From Chlorokybus atmophyticus (Eukaryota; Plantae; Mesostigma and Chlorokybus algae): a stretch of 64,000 nucleotides of DNA. Below, piece by piece: positions 43,471 to 55,060 of this stretch. The notes under the pieces are model-generated. The model saw only the letters and a program-made list of their open reading frames with translations, was not told the DNA's origin and searched no databases. The position numbers were made by a program, and so were the translations under genes. The number at the start of each line of letters is the position of its first letter. Position 1 is the stretch's first letter. The stretch is from contig RHPI01001819.1 of NCBI GenBank assembly GCA_009103225.1, positions 170,013 through 234,012 of the forward strand. Reading direction: 5' to 3'.

Positions 43471-43912
43471 GACTGAGCAGGCATGGTTCCGACCGCATTG
43501 GGATGAGGATGATGGAGAGGAGCAGGGATTCCTACCTCTTGAGCTGGTGGCCAAGGCCCGCTCGCAACGAAGGTCGGCCGCAGCAGCCACTTACAGTCCT
43601 ACAGAAAGCTCACGTGTGCCTCGTGCCCGAATGCAGCCAAGGACAACTGCAACGAGCTCGAGCCCGAGCCTAAATTCTGAAGAGGACTCTCCTACACCGT
43701 ACGATGAGTCTCAGGAGACTGTCACCAAAGAAGTGGCCTTTCAGGAGCCATCCGAGCGTCGCTGGAGCGCACAAGTAGCAGCACACATGCTACTGACCAG
43801 GCCTCAGCTCACTGCACACTTCCCTGTCTACAAAGACCAGGCTACAGTGCAGGAGCAGTACCACATAGCTACTGGAGTTGTGGAGTTCCACATGTTCCGC
43901 CGACAACAAGGC

Positions 43913-44850
43913 ATCACCGTGCTGGAGCTGTTCGGAGGCATAGGCAGTGGGCTTGCGGCTGTCCTCAACACAGGAACAACAGTCACCAAGTACCTCTACT
44001 GTGACCCTGACCCTCATGCACAGGAGGCTCTGAGCCATCATTTACGACAGCTGCACCAGCGCTACCCGCAGCAGCTACCGCTGTCGGCACTGCAAGGGAG
44101 CCAGAAGGCTCTGCCGCAGGACATCCGCTGGATTACCAAGGATCACCTGCAGGCAGTCGGCAACATTGACCTGCTGATAGCAGGATGGGAGTGTCAAGGG
44201 CACTCCAGGGCAGGCAGAGGCCAAGGGCTCTCTGATCCTCGCTCACAGCTGTTCTGGGAGCTGATGAGAGTCATCAAACTCCTGCAGACCAGTCAGGTCG
44301 CTAGGCCCTTGGGGTACATCGTCGAGAGTGTGCACTCCGAGGATGACAAGCGGCATCACTTCGCCAAGGCCTATCGACAAGTATGCTCCTTGCTGGGGCA
44401 TCCTCTCAAAATCAACGCCGCGCGTCATGGATCTCGCGCACACCGCGTCCGCGCCAAGTGGACCAACCTGGCCATTGTAGAGGACCTGTTTCTGACAGAG
44501 TACCTATACATCAATCGGCCACGGAATCTCGTCGTCAATGACATCCTGGACCCTGGACGCACAGCGCAACCGGTCACACGCCTTGACCACCACCACTTCT
44601 ACCAGTGCAACCAGCCTGGTCAGCCGCGCCGCGCACTACCCACACTTGTATCCTATCCAGGCTCCTACGCGTTCCGCAATGGAGGCGACGGCATGGTGTT
44701 AGACTCCAACACTGGACAGTTGGAAGAACCCAATGCTCGTGAGCGCGAGCGTGCTATGGGATTCTCTCCAGGCAGCATCACAGGCTCCACGCTGACAACC
44801 AGTCAACAGTGTCAGTTGTTAGGGCGCGCCATGGATCAGAACAGCATGGT
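43913..44850 (+). pseudogene. C5 DNA methyltransferase domain in frame within pol, between protease and RT
   Basis: Motif I VLELFGGIG, IV AGWECQG, DPRSQLF, VI IVESV, VIII RAHRVR, IX-X ERERAMGF...LLGRAMD. Confidence 0.9.
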
Positions 44851-44983
44851 GTGGTACTTGAAAATGTGCTTTGCTCTTCAGGACCGCCATGTGTCCTTCT
44901 AGGAGCTCGAACACCTGGCTAGGGGGTGGATTGCTCGCTTTTTAGAGACCAAAGCAGCACACACCGCCCTCGAGACCGCCCAC

Positions 44984-47900
44984 ATGGAGGAGCAGGCAGC
45001 AATCACTGTGGAAGACATTCCAGTGGTCGCCAACGCTACCTCGTGGTCCCACGCCATTGGACCGCTGGCCACAGGCCAGACTCGAGAGCAACTCGAGGCG
45101 CTCCTCAACAAGTGGAGGAGCCAATTAAGCTTCAGTGTGAAGGAGCTGGGCATCTGCTCAGCATACCAGATGGACATTGAACTAGTGGACACCGAACCGG
45201 TGTTCAAAAGACAGTACCGCCTCTCCAAGCTAGAAGAAGACTTGGTGGAACAGAGGTGCAAGGCGCTGCTAGATGCAGGCCTGATCGAGGAGTCCACATC
45301 GGACTTTGCGGCCGCGACTGTCATACCCCTAAAGAAAGATTCAGCAGGCAACTGGACAGACCGGCGCATGTGTGGCAAATATCGCCCCCTCAACAACAAG
45401 ACCAAGCAGGACAGGTATCCAATGCCTACCGCAGAAGGCATCTTTGACGATGTAGGAGACTGCACGGTCTTTAGTATCCTGGATATGCGCCAAGGGTACA
45501 ACCAGATCGCCATCAAGGAGGAGGACAAGCACAAGACTTCCTTCTGGGGAAACCGGCAGCTGTACCAGTGGAAGGTCATGCCCTTCGGACTGAAGAACGC
45601 TCCGGCCAAGTTCCAGCGCGTCATGGACAAAGCCCTCAAGGGGTTGGACTTCGCACGCTGCTACATCGACGACATCCTCATCTTCAGTCACAGCAATGAG
45701 GAGCATCTCCAGCACATCGAAGAGGTGCTACAGAGGCTGAAGGAAGTCGGGATGACGGTGCACCCTGACAAGTGCACCTTCTTCACCCACGAGGTACCCT
45801 ACCTAGGACACATGATTGTGCCCCATGGTGTACGTACAGCAGGCCAAAGTGGAGGCACTGGTGGCTATCCCTGCCCCCACAGACCTCACGCGGCTGCGGG
45901 CCTTCCTCGGCCTTGCCAACTATTACCGCCGGTTTGTCAAGGACTTTGCCAAGATCGCAAGGCCTCTCAACGAACTACTGAAGAAGGACACCGAGTTCGT
46001 GTGGAAGGAGGCACAACAGGAGGCCTTTCAGGAACTGAAGCTCCGCCTCACCACAGCTCCCATTCTGCAACGCCCTGACTACACCAGGTCGTTCATCCTG
46101 CACACAGACTGGAGCAAGCTCGGCATGGGGGCCGTGCTCGTACAGCACGACAACAACAAGAAGGAGCGCGTAGTGTCGTACGCCAGCCGCAGCAACAACA
46201 GTGCTGAGGCCAACTACAGCAGCTACGAAGGGGAGTGTCTCGCCGCAGTGTGGGCCATCTCCTTCTTCCGACCCTTCCTGTTTGGACGGCAGTTCCAACT
46301 GGTCACTGACCATCAACCCCTCAAGTGGCTAATGAACAACCAGCACTTGACAGGAAAGTTAGCACGATGGGCGCTGCTGCTCCAGGAGTACGACTTCGAG
46401 GTGGAACACCGCGCAGGCCTTGCCAACCAGGATGCGGATGGCCTCAGCCGTAACCCCCACCTCAGCACCAACGACGCCACAGGCGCCCGACATGAGTTGG
46501 GTCCTACAGCTGCACCTTCAGGTGTGGCCACCATGTTCGCTGTCGCTGCGCTACGCTCAGGACGCAGGACTCAGATCGCTGAGGCAGCAGCAGACGGGGA
46601 CATGCCCGCTCTCGAGCCCGCCATCACCACCACCGATCCTTTATCAGAAGAAGCAATCGCTGCCGACCCTGAGGTGGATGATGAGGAGCTGGCACCCACC
46701 GACACACGACAAGACATCTGGCTGGACGAGCCATCCCTCGCACTGCTTCAGACTGGACAACTTCCAGCAGGCATGAGCGCACGCGAGAAGGACCGCGTCC
46801 GGCAACGCACTCAGCGTTACCGCTGGGCCAACGACAGGCTGTATCGACGGATACAAGATGCAGATCAGGAGGTCCCCACACCAGCTGCACGTGAAGGCAT
46901 CATCTCCTCCCTTCACACCGAGCTCGGGCACTTCGGTGTCAAGCGCACGGTCAGCCTGGTCAGGACCCAGTACTGGTGGTATGGGGTGCACAGACAGGTG
47001 CGGGAGTTCGTCAGCAACTGTCAGCAGTGTGACATGGTTCGCGCCAGCCTCAACACGCGCAATGCCACCTTGCATCCCCTTCCCATTTCCGGGTTGTTCT
47101 ACCGCTGGGGACTGGACATCCTCGGAGACCTAGCGCCCTCAGCGCGAGGCAACCGCTACATCCTCGTCATGATCGAGCACTTCTCCAAGTGGGTGGAGCT
47201 GGTGCCCCTGCCCGACAAGAGCAGTGAGGGAGTAGCCCAGGCTTTCCTCTCCCATGTACTCGGACGCTTCGGCAGCTGCGCTGAAGTCATCACCGACCAG
47301 GGTACGGAGTTCAGAGGAGCCTTCGACAAGCTTATCGACAGATGCTTCATCGACCACCGTCGCACCTCACGCGACCACCCGCAGGCCGACGGCCTCGCCG
47401 AGCGTACCGTGCAGACCATCAAGAAGGCACTGCGCAAGTACGTCCTCGCCTACGAGAAGAATACCTGGGATGATCACCTCCCATGGGTAGCAATGGGCTA
47501 CCGGCTGTCCAAGCAGGCAGCCCTGCGAGAGTACAGCCCATACTATCTACTGTTCGGAAGGCAGCCATTGCTCCCTTTCCGCGCACAGCAGGAGGTCGAC
47601 AGAGTGGTGGACAATCTCGACAACCCCGACGAGATGTTGTATGATCTGACAGTGCGCAGTGCGCTGTTCGAACACACAGTCCCCATGGCCTTCAACAACC
47701 TGCGCATCGCGCAGCACCGCGACACGCTGCGTTACGAGCGTGTGCGCAGTGGTTTCTACAAGGAGCGGGAGCGCCGCTTCGAGTCAGGAGACTTCGTCTA
47801 CCGTATGGCGTCTACACGCGACACCCTCGATACCTCCGTCGGGCGTGCTGTCTACAAGGTATTGAAGGTGCACCCCACAGGGGTACTGGACCTGTTGGGA

Positions 47901-48176
47901 CAACGAGGCGAGCGCATGAAGGACAACATGGTCAACTGTGCGCCCTGTCATCTCCCCTACATTGCTGGCTTCACCAAGATCCAGCACCCGCGTCCGCTGC
48001 GCAGCACCCGATGCGAGAAGTGTGGCAGCGCCGACGACGACCCATTGATGATGTTATGCGACGGCTGTAATCAAGGCATGCACTGCTACTGCCTTGACCC
48101 TCCACTGGACGCAGTACCCTTGTGGGAGTACTGGTGCGATGATTGCCGCATCAACGGTCCCCCACACAGTCGGTAG
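44984..48176 (+). pseudogene. RT - RNase H - integrase - PHD; 1-nt frameshift near 45835, preceded by an in-frame TAG at 44900
   Basis: LDMRQGY, MPFGLKNAP, YIDD; TDWS, EGE; HHCC finger, LDI/TDQG/AERT (DDE); CEKC...LCDGC...HCYCL...WCDDC (48012-48149). Confidence 0.95.
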
Positions 48177-48239
48177 GAACTGAGTTCTGGAGCAGAGGGC
48201 TACCCCAGAATCTTAGGGGGGGTGGCTTGTTGACTGTGT

Positions 48240-49585
48240 GCACTACGACACAGTCTGTACACAAAGGTGGCGAGCGGCAGCGGCTCGTCCACTGCCCTGA
48301 ACACCGCGTAGGCTCATCTTCAAGCCTATGCCCACGATTGGGGGGTTGTCTTTTGCTTACATGACTCCAAGGCAATGCACGGCACTAGCATGCGTGCAGC
48401 ACTAGCACTCCTCCGCAGCCTGTCCGAGACAAGGTTGCCCTCGACCATGGCAGGCACGACAGATTCCTTACTTTGCGCCCAGATGGGATGCCCGGCCACT
48501 GCGTTAACCACCGGCAGAAGCACTATCATAACAACCCCCATGTTGCTTGCATACATGTCCCAACTGTAGTTGGCAAGCGATGCCATCAGAGGGTAGCCAG
48601 TGCGCTTGCCCGCGATGTCAAGCGTGGTCTTGTCACTGTACAGAATGGCAGGCGCCAAGTAGGATGCGTCCCCCACCTCTCTCTTCAAATCCACCTCCAC
48701 ATCCTTCCACCAATCGCCCTTTGAAGGATGGCCAAAGCTGTGCTCGTCACCACTGTACTGGAGATTGAAGCCATTAGCGGCATGTGGATTGCCATACAAC
48801 CGCGCGAGCCATACCTGCTCCGACCAAGAGCATTAATAGGCATGCTGGCCTTAGAATAGATACTGCATCGATACTGCAATAAATACTGCATTTCACAGAC
48901 CTTGGCCGGAATATATGTGACGCTGATGTCTTGATCCTCAGGGTCTCCAGGCTTGCGCAGGTCAGCCGTCACGTAGTTCTGATACGGCAGCACACTGGCA
49001 TGTGCATATGTGACATGGCTCTGATGGTTGAAGCACATGCACCGCACACCGTGAACACACCTTAGACTGAGAGAAAGCAATTGTGGTCCGGAGGTAGCTG
49101 GCCACATGCACACCGGTCTCCCACTGGAGCTCTTCCGTTAGGAAGTGTGCATTTAGGATGCACTTAACGATCCGACCCATGTCGGAGGCCGACAGGCCTT
49201 GGCCGTTGTTGCACTGCACGAATGCCATTGCAAGAGCATGCTCCGAGCCATACCACCTAGATTCCGACGCGTGTGAAGGGACGCCTCCACTTCCATGTTG
49301 GCGTGCCACAGGTTTCTCAGGCACACGCACACATCGATAGCCCTCGTTCACTTCCTCCTCTTTTTGTTGTTGCTGTGCGTGTGTCTCCTGGAGGAATCCT
49401 TTAGCATCAAGCATGTGCGCATCCTGGATCGAATTCCCCGGTTCAACGTGACCCGCATCATACCGTAATGGACGCTGGCCGACATACAGCTTGATTTGCT
49501 TGCACACCCTGCTACTAACAATGTGCATGTAGACCGAGCTGCGTGTGGTGAAGCGCATGTGACAACACGGACAAAGGACTCCCAT
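48240..49585 (-). mobile_element. Plavaka-type transposase, N-terminal part, with an N-terminal C2H2-like finger
   Basis: CPCCHMRFTTRSSVYMH; GDWWKDVEVDL...LAPAILYSDKTTLDIAGKRTGYPLMASLAN...LLP, matching the Plavaka signature WW..Q..L...P.ILYSDKT...G....YP....GN. Confidence 0.85.
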
Positions 49586-50060
49586 AGCTCACTACTGATG
49601 TCGATACAGGCGTCGCCAATGTAGCCTGCATCATATCCAGCAACACGCACAGCCGCCGCCGCCGCCGCCGCCACTGCCACCGCCACCGCTACCCTTGCAT
49701 CCCAGAGGCGGGAAACTTGGCCGCCATTCACTGGTGCCGTTGTACCAGTACTACGGTACGATTGAGCCATTGCACGTCCAGGGCGAGTCTCTGCATAAAT
49801 ATCCTGATTGAACCGTTTCAATGGTACGAAGATGCCTTTGCCAAAAGGTACCATTAAAATGACACCTTTGTACAATGGCAATGGTAGTTCGTACCATTGA
49901 CAAGTCTGGCAATGCCAGTCCCTGCGCATGAAAACACCATTGATAGATCCGCCAAGCTATGCCCTTACATGGCGGTGATGCCGAGAGTATGTGGCCTTTG
50001 GTGGATCGTTGGCGGCGCTGCCAACGATCGGCGTAGTGGGCACTGTGGTCGAGGTCCGGG

Positions 50061-50910
50061 ATGAAGCGTATCTTTGCACAAGGCGGGCAAGGTGCCGGTG
50101 GGGTGTCTAAGGTGTCAAACCCCACCATGCCTACCAAGGGCACAGCCGATGACAACAGTGACTCGGGCGATATCTGACCGGGCTCCCCCTCCAAGTGGGC
50201 AAAGGCACACCACAAAATTAACTCTAAGAACATCTGACCCACCAGCAACTGCAACCACGGCGACATGATTGAAGGGACCAAAAAAGACTGGCATAACCAA
50301 GGTGGGATACATTGCACTGTCAATGCCACATGCTAGGGTTCTTTTATCTTGCACATGCACAGTCTCAAGTATCTTGCAAATGACATACACTGTAAATAAC
50401 ACATGCACAGCCTCCAGTGTCATGCGCATGAACAGCATGACCAATCTCGCAAATGCACAGCCTATTTCTACTTGCGGGAGCTCACAAGTCGCAAAAGAGA
50501 AGCTGCCGAGTGCAACGAACGGGTAATCCATGGCCTAGTTTGATGTTTTTAGCGGCAATTAAGCAATATGCTTGCATATTGCCATGTTGGTCAGAGTGAA
50601 CCAAGAGCAGCGCGGCAGGCTAACTGTCTGCCTAGAGGAGTGCAACAAAGCGGAAGACGAGGTAAGCATGTGTATGCTGATGAGCTAGTCCTCTGGCAGC
50701 ACGCCACTTTTACAGCATTACCAAATGCTGGTGGTCACTCTCAAAGCAAACATCAAGAGCATGCGCATGCACGGCGAGGTGCTGACATTCAATCTGAAGG
50801 ACGAAGTAGCCGCTGTATTGTCAGCGAGCGAGGCAGAAGATGACTCCGATGTTGAAGCAGAAGACTTGTCGGAGGAGGAACAGGAGGAGGGGGTTGAGGA
50901 GGAGTTCTGA
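50061..50910 (+). pseudogene. Four-exon gene with an acidic C-terminal tail, divergent from the Plavaka transposase
   Basis: ATG at 50061; GT-AG-bounded exons end ...CNER|, ...KAEDE|, ...EEEQEEGVEEEF*. In-frame TGA/TAA stops. Confidence 0.55.
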
Positions 50911-51829
50911 GGCAGGCACCACTGGTGGACAAGCTGCGCATGAGTGTGACAGCTAGGCTCAATGTTGTAGGTAGTTTCATGCGCAAGTCGGCTACTCATT
51001 TGCAAGTGGACATACTCTCACCACTGCCTACATTGTATATATTGTGGGCTTATAGTTGCAAGACCAAACAATAAGTCCAAGGTTTATACAAGCTGCATGG
51101 CATGTTAGTGTTGGCTTACGGCAAGAATTGCCAACTTTTGTTAAATGGTAAGGGTCGCATATTAACAGCAGTGTAACGGCAAAGAAACTACCGGCTATTG
51201 CTGTCAGCTGTCCGTGACTACCGGCTAACGGCCGTCTGTGCACATCGACCAAATGGTAACTGGTTGACAACTCTCAGCCGGTCAGCGCCACCGACAACCA
51301 CTTTTGGCCCGCGGCCGTCTGCGTCAGTCCACATAAGCCAACGTCAAACCCAACAGTTCAAAAGTAACATTTCAGGCAGCAGCAGGCAGGCTCATGCACC
51401 CGTCAGTCCCTCAGTCGTTAGTCAGTCATTGTGTAAAATTTGCGACGATATGTATGGCTGAAGCATTATCAATGATAGGTATCAACATGATTGGCACTGG
51501 CGATCAATAGTCGCAAAAGCACACGCAAAAGAGTTACAGTTGAGAGATGTGCCACATGAAACCACTAACCTGTTGGGGGATCAAGGTTGCTATGTTCGGC
51601 TTTAGAACTTTCATGCTGTGCACGCCCTTTTTAAAACAGCGCGTTCAGTTCCTCTTTCTTCAAGTCGCTTTGGTATTCTGTTGGCTCAATGCCGTTGTAG
51701 ACCAATGCGCTACATTGCTTTGGGGAGAGAGTCTTTGTGTTGAAGTTGATTGGCAATCTCTTGGTTCATGGTATGGAAGATGTCGTCCAGTTCGTGCATG
51801 GATGCCATTCTCGAGCTGTGAAGGACATG

Positions 51830-52260
51830 TTATATGTTCCAAGGTATGGGCTTCAAATTGCATGCAGATGGCTTCCCCACAATATTCAAGACCTGTTGGT
51901 TGGTGACACGGGACAAAGCTACATACCATAGTCCTGGACAAAACGATTCCTTGATATGTATTGGGGTGTGTGACGCTATTGTGGCTCCTTGACTCTTGTG
52001 TACTGTGATGGCATAAGCCAATGTTACTAGAAACATTGGTTTGTAATAAGTCACTCCATTTAGGTGTTTTTTTTTTATTAGAATCTCGTTTTCCGAGTTG
52101 AATATAACTATTGGATAACGTTACAACAATACCTATTATTTCACACCCTTCAACATGTAGCTGTGTATCAACTCCGCATACCCCATTACTGACCCCTTCT
52201 GCAATATTGAGGTTCATATGTCGGACAGGCCTGCATGGTGGTGTGATGTGGTGTATCAGT
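51830..52260 (-). pseudogene. PIF1-family (Helitron-like) helicase C-terminal fragment with a frameshift
   Basis: NLNIAEGVSNGVCG, LAYAITVHKSQGAT, FCPGLWYVALSRV. Confidence 0.85.
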
Positions 52261-52940
52261 GTGTGTCTCAAAGCTTAACAATGCTTTAAGCATTCACTTA
52301 GTTACCTGGCATGCAGCTATATCGTTTGCAATCAGCATGCCAATATCAAGTCATCACGTAAAAATTGAACCAGCCTCATGACACACGCATACATACATCT
52401 AGCAAGAGTATCTTTTGTTGCTTTGCCATTTCAATTTCAACCATGATAGTTTTTTGATAATAGCAATCCCAACTTGGGGCTGTTATGACCACAAGGTGAC
52501 TCAAAACGGTTGATGCAGCCACATGACATAAAATACTCGGCAGGACATATTGTGGGCAATGCACTTTCTGCTGCAACGATTGTGCCTGCAGGCATATGGG
52601 TGGGTGGCTGTGCATGCAATTATGCTGCAGCTTTACATATGGATCCTCACCTTGTGCTTGCTCTCAGAGTCTTCGCCCTCCTCCTCCTTCCCGCTGGGAG
52701 CGGCGGCGGCGGCGGCTGCCTGGCTTGCATAGGTGTTGTCGCGTACAGGCGCCTGGGGAAAAGACGGCGCTGCTGAGGGGGTCGTGCACTGTCAGCATGT
52801 CAATGTTGTCGTTGACATTTGTAATGTTGATATTATTGTTGTTGTTGTTAACGACGACAACAATGATGTTGCTGCACCCCTCCGCCACTTTATTATTGCC
52901 CATCATGACGAGGGTTAAAGCCGCATAATCAAGCGGCGCT

Positions 52941-52941
<1 letters not shown>

Positions 52942-52986
<45 letters not shown>

Positions 52987-53010
52987 NTCTCTCTCTCTCT
53001 CTCTCTCTCT
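52942..53010. repeat. (CT)n microsatellite containing an N
   Basis: Seen directly. Confidence 0.95.
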
Positions 53011-54299
53011 ATATGCTGCATTTCTTTATATACTACGCAGAGCGCAGCGGCGGGCTTCCGTCTTATTGGACTGGCAGAGGAGGAATCTCTGTCCTTATGC
53101 AGCTATCAAGTGTACCTCAAGTCGAGGTCCTCGACACCCTCCCCCCTATGGGGCGAGGGTGGGGAATTGCCCCATGGGGCCGGTACTTTTGCCCCACATT
53201 GCCCCACAGGATTGGAACGGACCGGTTTTCATGTCCCTACAAAGCCCGACCCTGTAGGGGGTCGGGCGCCCCACATTAGGGGGTGAGGCAGGGGGTGGGG
53301 CAATGTCGCACGGCATCCCCCGACATGGCCTGGCAGTACCGGGCGCCGCCCTGATTTGACCCCCATACATGCCCCGTTATGTCCCCAAAGGGGGGGGGGG
53401 GNACACTTGATAGGTGCAGGGTTCCTGTGTCAGCGAGATTCAAAGGGGAATCTGGCGTTGACACAGGCACCCTGCATCTCAAGATTTCTACATTTTCCGC
53501 ATTGCCAGATTCTTGCATTCCGCCTGCATGAAGATGTAAGGCACTACACTTCATTTAAGGCAAATTCCCATGTTGAAGGCATCAACCAGAAGCAATAGAC
53601 TCTCGGAGCACAATGCGAGTGGGGAGATGAAGGAGGTTATGTATGTAGGGTCATTTAATCTTTTCGCGTCGGGTGTTCATGGTGCGCTGCAGTGCTATGT
53701 ATTGTCAAAGTGGATTTATGGAGCATATTATAACAAGCATAAAGCATGTAATCAAGTCTCGCAATCATGATACCATCAATATTGTAACACAGATATATAT
53801 ACTGTATAGTATATATATGCGATTAGCTTGTAACGGCAATTTTGTACGATTACAACAGTACGATTACAACATTAGAAGACACGCGTATCTTGCATGTTGC
53901 ACACATCTGCATTTAAAGTTTTTTGTATTTATTATAATCATGAAACATTTGTACAAGGCTCGGAGCCCTGGTAGTAATAAAGGGAGAGAGGGGGGGGGGG
54001 GGGGGGGGGGNNNNNNNNNNGGGGGGCAAAATGCTTACCCTACCATATAATTCAAGTAGTCTTCAAAACAAAATAAAAGCTGTTTTACTTAACTATTAAT
54101 GGCATTGGTTATTGTCACGATGCCAACCCTCGGCACGCACTTCTCCCTCGCACTCCCTGTGCATACCAGCCGACGGATTCGGATCGCCAAAACCAACTCG
54201 AACCTATTCAATCCGTAGTTTGCTGATATCGTATTATAATGAGCTCATTCACTGGCAGCGGTGACAAGTGCCATCGACTGGCAGCGTTGCACACGGATT

Positions 54300-55060
54300 G
54301 ACGTTCAAGGACCAGGTATGGTCCTTTCACGGACCCCAAGGACCATGCATGGTCCGTATCCCGCGGGCTTGGACTGCCTGGTCCGCGGGGGACGGACCGT
54401 GCATGGTCCGTTCGAGGTCCCGAATCTTGGTGCGCAGTCACGCACCAGATGTGGTGCGTGGCTGGACCAGACATATTACCGGTCCTACTGGCTGCGAAAG
54501 ACTGGACCATACACGGTCTGCAGCCGGACCTGGCATATTGCCGGTGCGACTTTCAATGGGTGTACGGACCATGCGTGGTCTGGAGCACAACAATGCCGGA
54601 CCATATGTGTTGCGGTGAATGAAATCGATGGGACTGGTCCGAACCACATTGATTAGGCGGACCGTTGCTGGTGCACGCTCAGCTTATCGGTCATTTTGGA
54701 CAAGCAGCACGCACCATACATGGCCTGCCGCCTTAACAAGCTCTTACTGGTCCAAATGCTAACAAATTGTGGACCATTCATAGTCCTTAACCTAGCAGCT
54801 ATTGGTCCAAATTGTCGTATACTTGCGGACCCTATATGGTCCTTGACTTAACCAAGCTCTTCCTGGTTTGAAGGTCTGGGAGAGTACGGACGATTTATGG
54901 TCCTTATCTAAGCAAGCAACTATTGGTCCACATTGTATCGTATGATTGCGGACCCTACATGGTCCTTGACTAACCAAGCTCTTCCTGGTCCGAAGGTCTG
55001 GGAGAGTACGGACCATGCGTGGTTCTAGGTTGGTCCGCAGAACACTGATTGGGACCATCG
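54300..55060. repeat. GGWCC-rich array with a ~120-bp tandem duplication; probable CACTA subterminal repeats
   Basis: 30 GGACC/GGTCC counted in ~750 bp, against ~1.5 expected by chance. Confidence 0.75.

Larger units (their letters stand above)
38142..48235 (+). mobile_element. Ty3/gypsy LTR retrotransposon carrying a DNA methyltransferase and a PHD finger; LTR boundaries uncertain, 3' LTR truncated
   Basis: Order gag (two CCHC knuckles) - PR - DNMT - RT - RNase H - IN - PHD. Polypurine tract AGGGGGGG ends at 48222, followed by TGGCTTGTTGACT, which also occurs at 38142-38154. Confidence 0.93.

Noticed and set aside
44900-45840. Programmed readthrough at TAG 44900 or programmed frameshift at ~45835
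   Set aside because: A CAG>TAG change and a 1-nt deletion inside the RT/connection region explain both, and the element has other lesions.
45975-47987. Antisense ORFs over pol (and similar ones over copia and PPR)
   Set aside because: Shadow frames of GC-rich coding sequence with no motifs.
53100-53400. CCCC/GGGG-rich segment as a defined transposon
   Set aside because: It looks like a subterminal region but is cut by an N and no partner terminus was found.
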